A stretch of DNA of 64,000 nucleotides from a virus: IMG/VR virus record IMGVR_UViG_3300023179_000040, positions 32,001-96,000 of that record. One strand, written 5' to 3'. The notes beneath the pieces are model-generated. The model saw only the letters and a program-made list of their open reading frames with translations, did not search any database and was not told where the DNA came from. The first letter of the stretch is position 1; each line of letters starts with the position of its first letter. Made by a program: the position numbers and the translations under genes. Positions 19,641 through 29,400 of this stretch are shown here, in pieces.

Positions 19641-20807
19641 ATGATATTTAATAATACTAATTATATAGAATTTGCATATAACATTACTATTACCAATTTA
19701 ACAATCGGAGATGCCTATTCTATTAGTCTATCTTTGCTATCTGATTTTGCTCCAGAGCTAGCTTCTGTTAATCCTTCCACAATTTCTTTTATAGCTTCAG
19801 ATTACTATCAGAATATCTCTCTGCTAATAACTATGGATAAAAATGATCTACTAATACTAAAAATAGATAGCTTAAATACTACAAAAAATAAAAGAGATAT
19901 TGATAGTGTTTTTATTAAATGTAGTGAAAGAAATTTATGTTCTCCTAGACCAACAAAAACACCGACAGTCACCCCAACTAACACAAGTACTCCAACTGTT
20001 ACTCCTACTAACACAGTAACTCCCACTAACACTGTTACCCCAACTAATACTGTGACTCCAACCAACACAATCACTCCGACAGTCACCCCAACTAACACAA
20101 GTACTCCAACCGTTACTCCTACTAATACCGTAACACCAACAAATGCTCCTACTAATACCGTAACACCAACAAATACTCCACCTCTTTACACCACGCCGCC
20201 GCCACCTTGTTATTGCAGATCTAATTGCACAATAAGCATGCCGGAGCCAGAAGGCAGCGAATCATGGAATTGGACGTTTTATTCTCAAGCGTTCTTAAAT
20301 ACGACGCCGCAATCATTTTCACTGCAATCTGCTTACCAAGATTATTTGAGCGGATGTACCTACGTTTGGGTTTATTCGCACAGGCAGACGCTTGGCATTG
20401 ATGATTTGTTCGTAGATGGGTGCCAAGCAAACGTTGGAGTGAACTTGCCAGGCAAAGGCTTTACTGGATTGTTGGGAATCGGGCGCGTCAAATTTCAATA
20501 TCGTCTGATGCTATGCCAAGACAACGTGTTTTTTGACATTACAGAAGACGCGCTAAGCGCGTGCGGTTATTCGGGCAGCACTCCTCAAAACGGGCCTCCA
20601 TATACTAATCTTGTTTCGTCAAATTGTTTGAGCGGGGAGTATATGTGGTGGCAAACTAGCCAGGAGTCTGGTTTTGCCAGCGTTTCGGACGAGTTTTTGT
20701 ACAAACGGTCGTGGTGTGACGGTAGCGTAGTGCTTGCACCAGAACGGCCGCCGTCGCCAGTAGGCACGCTCGATGTTGTTCCGACCCTTAATTGCGCAAA
20801 CCCCTAG
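19641..20807 (+). CDS. Fibre/adhesin: AT-rich N-terminal domain, PT linker, GC-rich Cys-containing tip
   Basis: Linker DNA identical to that of 16734; tip motif CQDNVFFDITEDALS resembles [15 protein letters not shown] in 16734. Confidence 0.6.
   Translation: MIFNNTNYIEFAYNITITNLTIGDAYSISLSLLSDFAPELASVNPSTISFIASDYYQNISLLITMDKNDLLILKIDSLNTTKNKRDIDSVFIKCSERNLCSPRPTKTPTVTPTNTSTPTVTPTNTVTPTNTVTPTNTVTPTNTITPTVTPTNTSTPTVTPTNTVTPTNAPTNTVTPTNTPPLYTTPPPPCYCRSNCTISMPEPEGSESWNWTFYSQAFLNTTPQSFSLQSAYQDYLSGCTYVWVYSHRQTLGIDDLFVDGCQANVGVNLPGKGFTGLLGIGRVKFQYRLMLCQDNVFFDITEDALSACGYSGSTPQNGPPYTNLVSSNCLSGEYMWWQTSQESGFASVSDEFLYKRSWCDGSVVLAPERPPSPVGTLDVVPTLNCANP
19960..20180 (+). repeat. Pro/Thr-coding repeat, copy of 17505-17692
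   Basis: 188 bp exact identity by direct comparison. Confidence 0.9.
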
Positions 20808-21115
20808 CCGCTGCCATCACAAACTCCAATCCTCGCGTTTCCAACTCCAACACCAACCATTACGCCGACTACAACATACACAAATACGCCCGGGTGAGTT
20901 TAGTTCTTAATTTTGTCTTAAATCCGCTCAAAAGTGAAAATTTATTTTTAGTGGATCATATTTTATGTGCTTTTTGTGGATTTTTTAATCTATACTTTGT
21001 GCGTAATAAACTTGTTCCTTTTAAAGACTACTAGTAATAAGTGTTCCAATTTGCTCCTTTAAACAAGCTTAATATTTAATCATATATTTATGATTAGCTT
21101 ATTGACTATTAGCTT

Positions 21116-21123
21116 GGTGTATT
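21116..21123 (+). promoter_or_regulatory. Putative phage promoter motif GGTGTATT
   Basis: 31 nt upstream of the 21154 start; preceded by palindrome taatcata-N4-tatgatta (21077-21096). Confidence 0.5.
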
Positions 21124-21153
21124 CTAATATAGAGTACATTATGGGAGAATATT

Positions 21154-21393
21154 ATGGCTAATTCAAATTTAAAAGTAGTTTTTTCTTTTGGTAATATTGT
21201 TCAATTAGACAATAATCAATGCTCTTGCCCAAATATGGTTGAGGTCAATGTGTCTAATTTAACTATAGGAAAAAATTATACGGTCTATATCAATAATTTA
21301 AATAATGTGCCAGTAAGAACTTTCCCCGAAAGCTACTCCTTTACTGCAACAAACGAAACCAAAAATTTATCATTCTATTATCAGTTTGCTTAA
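21154..21393 (+). CDS. Small protein, stand-alone copy of the fibre N-terminal domain
   Basis: SNLTIGKNYTV...PESYSFTA...NLSF resembles TNLTIGDAYSI...PSTISFIA...NISL in 19641; RBS GGGAG. Confidence 0.6.
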   Translation: MANSNLKVVFSFGNIVQLDNNQCSCPNMVEVNVSNLTIGKNYTVYINNLNNVPVRTFPESYSFTATNETKNLSFYYQFA

Positions 21394-21426
21394 ATAGGTA
21401 TAAGGACAACACTAGGATAAGTTTTC

Positions 21427-23385
21427 ATGGTATATGCTGCGCCTATTAATTTAGATACTAATAATAATTCTAATAATATTATTACTAAATTAGACGATCC
21501 CGCTTATTCTACAAGACAAACGCCGGTAAGAGTCTATTACGCATATAAGGCTATTGACGAGATAACCGGGCCGGTGCCAATGGTTGATCTTAGTAAGACA
21601 TATAATGTATCTGAAGGTGGTATTACTTATAGTGTCACAACAAAAGCAACACTATCTGGTAAAATAGTAAGATCAAAATATTATGATCCACTAGTAAATC
21701 CTAGTGGTAGCGGAACCGCAGTTATTGCAAGGGCTATTAATGATTTAACAGATCTGTTTAAATCTCCCACAGGAATTTTTGAAATTAAATGTGGTAGCAC
21801 GGTAATATTGTCTGGATCAGGCGTAAAAGTATTAAATTTAACAGCAAATAAAAGTAATGATAATTGGATATTTTCATCAGACTATAATATAGAATTAGAA
21901 TTTTCTGAACCTATATATAGTGGTATACCACTTATTAAAAACGGTACCGATTCTTGGTCATTAGAGCCTGTTGAAGAATATGTATATATGAATCAAAAAA
22001 TAACTGTCAATGGTAATCAAGAATATCATAATCCTATTTTAGGTTATTCTAACGCAGGAACAAACCCAAAAAGTGGACCAACATCTCCTAATTTAGACAT
22101 TGTTACTATACCTCAATTTAGATTATCCAGAAAAGTATCAGCGGATGGATTACCTTCACATAATGTTGTTAATTACGGAGGAGTGCCGGCTAGTGCAAAT
22201 TATTCTGCATATATTAATGCGAAAAAGTGGGTTGAGATGCAATTAGCATCTTCATTTAATGGCAATAGTGCATCGGGATATCCTAAATTTTCTTCTAATA
22301 CTATTTTTAGTATAGATAGTTTTGATAAAATATTTTTATATAATCATCTTAGAACCATAAATTTTAATACAAATGCTGGATCCTATGAAGTCAATGACAC
22401 CTGGTTAGCGATGCCCACAGGGTTAAATTATTTGGAAGACTATACTGTTGAATCTAATACTGATGAAAAAAATATTAAAACAGTAAAAGTCCAGGGACAA
22501 ATCAAAGGCTTAATGATGTCTAGTCTTCCTGTTATGACCGGACAAGCAGATAAAATGATACCAGATAATAATGGTATTATATCAATAACAGGATTATTAG
22601 CAGCTGGCACAACCGGCGGAAAATCTATGCAAAGATTAGACGAATTGTCTCAAACAGGATTGGTTTTAAGCGACAGCAAATATATAAATGCTGTTAGCGG
22701 ATGGTTGCATGATATTAAACCATATATTTATCGTAGAGCATGTATGGTTGTGGATAGTCTCGACAGAAACGCCCCGTATGTACAATTTAACTATTCTCCA
22801 CAACCACCATTAAATAATCCTATTTATTCTCATGAAAGAATGTTGAACATTATTCCTATTGCTACTACAGAATCTCATGATCCTAGAAAAGGAATAGTAT
22901 CATATACATATGAATTTAATAATAAACTTAAACTTTTAAGTGGTGTAATTTCTGAAAATATTACTATTAATGATACTGGCCCTGTAGACGTTATTAATCA
23001 GGCTTTCGTATTAGGTCGCAGATTAGGTCCAGTGCTTCAGTCTTTGGGTACTACCACAAGCTCCACCAAAAGCGTTACTGTAGAAATTATTGTAGGTACA
23101 CCAACAGGAATAGATGGATGTTTAATTACCAGTAACTATTGTCCGGTATGGACAGGCGGAACCACATATAAAGCTATAGAAGAATTGATTGATGGATTAG
23201 CACCTTTTGGTCGTAGGGTTGTAAATATTTTCCCAAATATGAGCAGAGAGCCTTTAACTGGTCAGGTCTATTTACAACAAAATGATTTGAGTTGGAATCC
23301 CACTGAGGGTAGATATATAAGAAATGTTAGCTGGGTTTATCAACATTGTTCTATTGGAAATAACTACAATAGACTTAATCATTAG
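21427..23385 (+). CDS. Putative tail/baseplate structural protein
   Basis: 652 aa beta-rich ORF in the tail module; no recognised catalytic motif. Confidence 0.45.
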   Translation: MVYAAPINLDTNNNSNNIITKLDDPAYSTRQTPVRVYYAYKAIDEITGPVPMVDLSKTYNVSEGGITYSVTTKATLSGKIVRSKYYDPLVNPSGSGTAVIARAINDLTDLFKSPTGIFEIKCGSTVILSGSGVKVLNLTANKSNDNWIFSSDYNIELEFSEPIYSGIPLIKNGTDSWSLEPVEEYVYMNQKITVNGNQEYHNPILGYSNAGTNPKSGPTSPNLDIVTIPQFRLSRKVSADGLPSHNVVNYGGVPASANYSAYINAKKWVEMQLASSFNGNSASGYPKFSSNTIFSIDSFDKIFLYNHLRTINFNTNAGSYEVNDTWLAMPTGLNYLEDYTVESNTDEKNIKTVKVQGQIKGLMMSSLPVMTGQADKMIPDNNGIISITGLLAAGTTGGKSMQRLDELSQTGLVLSDSKYINAVSGWLHDIKPYIYRRACMVVDSLDRNAPYVQFNYSPQPPLNNPIYSHERMLNIIPIATTESHDPRKGIVSYTYEFNNKLKLLSGVISENITINDTGPVDVINQAFVLGRRLGPVLQSLGTTTSSTKSVTVEIIVGTPTGIDGCLITSNYCPVWTGGTTYKAIEELIDGLAPFGRRVVNIFPNMSREPLTGQVYLQQNDLSWNPTEGRYIRNVSWVYQHCSIGNNYNRLNH

Positions 23386-23418
23386 CTTTTAATTTTTTTA
23401 AATAGGATAATATTTATT

Positions 23419-26400
23419 ATGCCATTGTGTGCCCCAACAGGAAAAATGATAGCGCAAACCTTATTTTTAGGTGCAAGCATATCAAGTATTAATGTAAGTA
23501 AAGGATGGAGTGGTCAAGCATCCCAGCTAACTGTATCATTAATAGAGGACAAAAATCCTGTTTGTGGTAATGCTCAAATTATTAATAATAGTACACCCCC
23601 AATAACATGGGCCGATAATCACTATCATACTTGTAGTGGTATAGAGTGTTATATATCAACTGTAAGTGGGGCCCCTATTAGCGCCAACACTCCGCCAAGT
23701 GAATGGATGTTACCGGGTAAAGTATATTATTATCTTGATGATACTTCAAACATAGTATCTAAATATTATACCGATCAAGATCCAGGTTTTTTTGGTAATA
23801 AAACTAAAATTAATACTAGTGGAGATATTACTACATCAGAATATGTATATGATATCATAGGTAGTCCTGTTATTTTTAAATTAGGAGACTTTTCATTTGG
23901 CGGAATTGTGCAGTCATGGAGCAGAACAGAGAATACTTCTGGTCGTGGATATAGTGTTAATATTCAAGGTTTTGAAAGTATTTTAGCTCAGTCATATATT
24001 TTATTAAGCGATTTTGCCGGAGCTATATACGCAGCCGATAGTAGTAATAGTGAGTGGGGTGGTCCTCGTAATATTATGACATCAGATGCTGTTTATAATA
24101 ACAGTATTGGTAAGGGTAATATTCCTAATGTTTTTAATATTTATGGATTTTTGGAATCTATGAATAAAGGAGGATTTGGGGGAGCTAATCTTAATGAAAA
24201 TGGTATAGAAGTACAAAAAATTGTAGATGCCTTATTAGTACTAACATCTTCTACAAATTCTAATATTACTCCAGGATCTACTCCATTATTATCTCAGGTT
24301 GGTTCTGATCCCGATTATGGTGCGCCAAAATCTGCATTTTCCCCGTTTGGACGCATAGTAGTTAAAAAAATGCAGGAAGAAATTTCTTCCACCACTATTG
24401 GTACAACATTTAAAAGTTATGGCGTTATTCCACCAGATGACCCATTTATTACAAATGGAACCAATAATACCTATTGTGAATTTTTATTAGACTTATCTGA
24501 ATTACCAACATTTCCTAAAGATTATAGAATAGCTGGCCCTAGTATTAGTATTTTAGATTTTATAACGCAAATTACTGAAGAGTCCGGATATGATTATCAT
24601 ATCAGTATGTACAGACTATATGGACAAAATTATATTAAAGTACATACTATACCACGTAACCAGCAACCAGTACCTAATATGATTAGTAATACTGTTAAAT
24701 TGTTACGCTGTAATGGATATCCAGTATCTTCTGTCAATACTGGTAAAGAATTAAATGAATCTAATGCTAGAACTATGATTATTGGAGGAAAACAACAAAG
24801 ACTATATCAGGCAAAATCATTACGATTAGCATATACTCAAAGCTCTTATATATATAATCCTCAATCTAAAAAGTTTGTTGATTATATACAAATATCAGGA
24901 ACATCCAAGCCATTCAATCATGGCAAAATTAAATTTCCTAATCCTTTATCAACCCATAATCTAGTAGTATCTACCGGTATAAATCCTACTTTTACTGGAA
25001 TATATAATGAATTAAATGCTATAGCTCCTACGGGATTTAGCAGTAATGATACGGTGTGGAATGATAATCTTAATTTGGCGAGCAATCAGTCCGATATGGT
25101 TGTCGGAAATTATTATCTCAGCAAAGAGATACTACCAACAGGCACTATGCCGAATAGATTTTACCCGATATACAATGATGTGATATCCCCATTTTTTGGA
25201 TATATTTCTGATACAGAGTATTCGATTGATACTTCGGCCGCTAATAATGAATTTAAAAGAATTCGACCAGTATACTTTGACACATGGACCGGTCAATGTA
25301 TTGTAGTATTAAAAATCCATGAACTTCCTTTAACTAAAGTTAATTTGGAAGGTTTTTATACTGATAGAGGTGTCGGCACCTTTATTGTTACAGAAAATGA
25401 GATACGAGCAGCTTTGGCTGGGTTCGATAATTTCATTATCTATTCTTTGTCAAAAACTTATAAAAATGATCTTATCGAGATGGTTAGAAGAGCCTATTAT
25501 GACAAATATAAAAAAGAATTTATCGATTCTGGAATCTCTACATCAAATGCTGAAGCCTTAGCAAAAGATAAAACTAATTGGTATTGGAATTTAATAGGCG
25601 GGAATATAGCTGGCTTATATGGTCAACCATCCGCAATATCTCCAGATGAAGGTGATGGTTCACATGAAATCGATGAAGATGCCATACAAGACCTACAGTT
25701 AATCCATAGTTTTGTATCAAAGCTCGGAGAATTTTATGGTAAAAAATATATGGTGTCAGCTCCAAGATTAAGAGCATATAAGGATGATCAATATGCCGAT
25801 ATTACTGTCAGCACCAATATTGGTGATGCTTATGTTTTTCAAGGAGGAGGTAATTTATACTATAATTATGAACCGACTAATGATGGGGCCTGGGAAGAGT
25901 ATGGCAATATTATAGATGATACTATGGTTGTTGGTGGAAATGATTGGTATAATTTGACTGATGATAGTGGTAAAATAAAGCCCATTATAGGATATAACGC
26001 TAATAATACTATAGATATAGTTAGACAAAAATTATGTGAATTTTCTAAAAATAATCTCAATACATATATTGATAATAAGTCCAATGATCCCTTTTGGAAC
26101 TATGAAGCATACGAGTATTTAAAATCTATTGCAAAAAGTGACTGTCTAAAATTTACCCTAGAATCTTTAGACCTGTCAAGTCTAGATTCGTCTGATTACA
26201 TTATAAAAACTGTTCGGTCTAGTAATGCTAATTCTCGCCCTACGAATAATCGTGGAAATGTTAATTGGAATGTAACAACAGCCAGAGACGCTTGGGGAAG
26301 TGGTATCCCAACAACAGGCACAAACTACGACCTGATGCAAAAACTATATTTGAATACTTCTATAGAAGAAGGTTTTACATTTTTAGACCCTATTAATTTA

Positions 26401-29400
26401 CGTGGCGCAAAAATCATTGTTGATGCACCAAGTATCAAGCTTAATTCTACACAAGCAGAAATAGATAAAGATCCTAATAGAACAGTAATTTCGACAGTGG
26501 CCATGGAGGATCTCAGCATTTATTTGCATAAAACCCATCCAAGTAAACGTAATAAACATTGGATTAAATATATGCTTTATTATACTGGAGATATTAATTA
26601 TGAAGCCTTGATATCTGATCAAGGTGTGGCAGCTCCAGATATAGTCGGATCTGAAGCCTCGTCGAATATGAGGTCTTCTAATTTCGTTGAAATAGCACCA
26701 AAAGTTGCTCATCCGTTTTTTGTTGGTATACCAATTAAAATTAATCAATATTCATATGGCCCATGGACTAACTATCCTTCACATGTAAGTAATATTTTTC
26801 CAAGCGGAACATATGTCAATATATCCGATACTTTTCCGTCAACATGTGTTTCCTCTGGTATTTCTGGTATTAGTGTCGCTAATACTATAGACAACTGGAT
26901 TACTCCAACCAAAATCTTGGTAGACCCAGATCTTGTACCATGGAACTACGGAGGATCTGCATTATTGGACAGAGCAGCACTTAATATTATAGAAAAAGAC
27001 CTAAATTATCAATCAATACTAGAAACTGCACAAATCGATCTTGTTGGTTTGCCTTATTTTGGTTTGGGTATGACATTTAGTTATGATGCGCTAACTCCTC
27101 CAATATTAAGCTTAAATTCAAAAACCATATCATATACTGATATAAAAGGTCCGTCATTTGATTCCGCTTCATTGACTCCTATTACAGGAGGTTATCCTAT
27201 AGGCATATTTGATTTGCCTACAACCACCACGACTACAAAGAATTTTAATATTAAAAGTATTAGCGGCACATATTCTAATACTAATGGAGGTCCATTAATT
27301 ACGAATATACAAACATCTATAGGTCAAGGTGGAGTTACAACCACATATACATTTAGAACTTATACGGCTAAAGTAGGTTTATTTAATAAACTTTCTAATG
27401 ATAAATTAAAGAGATTTTATCAACAAAACTTTAAAAGAAATAAACAATTAGCCAAAATTAATCAACAAACACAAAACCTGGGTAGTGTACAACAAAGAAC
27501 TATAGATAATTTAAGATTCAATAAAGCTGAATTATCTTCTGAAAGTTTTCGTAGTAAACTTTTTGGTTGGAGTCCAAGCACTGTTCTAATTGCTCAGGCC
27601 CATCCTTATCTTAGAGATGTAGAACAGCCCCCAATTTCTGGAAATGAACTTTATGCACAAACCTTAATCATGGATGAGACTCCCGGCATAGGATCTCCCG
27701 CTATAGCATATTCTATCCCAGAATCTAAAGATATAGGAGTTACTGGAGTATTTACGGTTGGTCGTTTTACTACTAGTGACTTATCTATTCCGGTATTGTC
27801 AGATGCTACAACACTAAATACTAGCGTTGGTTTATACGAATTAAAAGAAGTTAATGCTCAGTTAAAAAAACAATACGGCTTACAGTCTGTAATGAGTTTA
27901 GATGGTATATTTTCTCCTATATCTTTTTATCCTACACTAAAAAATAGTACCTTTCATTATGGACTGTATGATACTAGTATGTGCCCATTTTGCTCTGGGA
28001 CCAAAAATATTAATGTCACAGCATATAAAAGAGATCCGACAACATTAAATTCAATTGCGTATAAAAAATATTGTACTAAATGCGGCAGAGTAGATCAGAA
28101 TAATATAGATACGCTAAAAGGAAGCGCCACTACTACCGCCGGTAGTCAGTCTATAGAAACACTGCCCCCATATATAGTAAGTAGTGGTACGGATATTAGT
28201 ATATTAAAGGAGTTTAAATCTTTAGCCGGATCAACATCTACAGCGACTATTACAACTAGTACAAGTAGTGTGGGTGGCGCCGGAGTTTCTATACCTATTA
28301 ATTTAGTCACTTTAAATCCTATCATTGTACCATACGGTAATTTTAGAAATTTGAATGCTCAAAACTATACAGGTATTCATCCAGACGGTTCTGGAGTACA
28401 TGGCATACTATCTTATCCAAATGGCGGTACAAGATATTTTCATGATAGATGCAGACATAGTATAGGTATTGTAGGGCGTGGAGCTGTAAGAAATGAATTA
28501 AAGATTTATAAAAATCAAAATAAATTAGTACAAAATCATCATCCAGATTACTATAACGATGATTTATTATTATATGAAAAATTAAATAAACTAGGACAAC
28601 CTAAAACCTATCAAATGAATCAAAGATTTTTAGGCTTAAGAGGTCCACTATCTATGCATTCTTGGGGATATGATTTAGAAGGTTATCCAGTACCTAATGC
28701 CGCGGATGAACCCTATGAAATAGATACAAATGGCGAACCTCTCAGATTTAAATTAAAACTTAAAGATGGATATCCTAAAAAAACTGCATATAAGAATTTA
28801 ACTGATGGGGCTTTATACATGTACCCATTAAATGAAAGTGGTAATGCTCCACAGACGTATGCAAAAGAATACGTTAAAAAACCAAGGACTAAACCAGAAA
28901 AACAAACTATTATTGTACCAGATCAGGATGCTCCTATAGAATTCACTGTTACCGATGATACCGAGGTACTGGAATATATTTATGAAGACGATATGACACA
29001 GACAGGCTTTTCTGCTGGTGTTACAGGTATGGGTACGGATAGAACTGCTGGATATCAAGGATCAGTAGTTAGTAAAACACAAAAGCTTGGCAGCGATGGC
29101 AAGTGGACAGAAAAGAAAAAATTAAAAGATTTTTATTTAAATTGGGGTGAAAGACCAGATTTATGGCCTGTTGGCCCGATTGATCTTAGATGGGATAGTA
29201 ATAGAAGAGTGTGGACAATGAAATCTTCTGAAGCTGCTACTATTTATAAGATGGTTTATGTGACATTGGAAGAAGATCTTATGAAAGATGATGATGTTGA
29301 TGATACTTATCCAGCAAGAGGATTTTTGGATGATTTGGAATACTCTACTCAGCCATTAGCTAGCGGTCTAAGAAGATTAGTTTTTGTAAAAGATAGATCT

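Noticed and set aside
14345-20098. Minus-strand ORFs rich in VGVTV (14345-14671, 17204-17887, 17478-17837, 19808-20098)
   Set aside because: Antisense shadows of the Pro/Thr codon repeats; no independent coding evidence.
13461-20897. Diversity-generating retroelement acting on the FGE/C-lectin domain
   Set aside because: No reverse transcriptase in the window and no second copy of the GFR-proximal region. The two mismatches of the 42 bp repeat (C/T, A/C) are not adenine-specific. A remote DGR cannot be excluded.
20792-21034. 80 aa + strand ORF
   Set aside because: Out-of-frame reading of the PT remnant plus T-rich intergenic DNA; weak start and no RBS.
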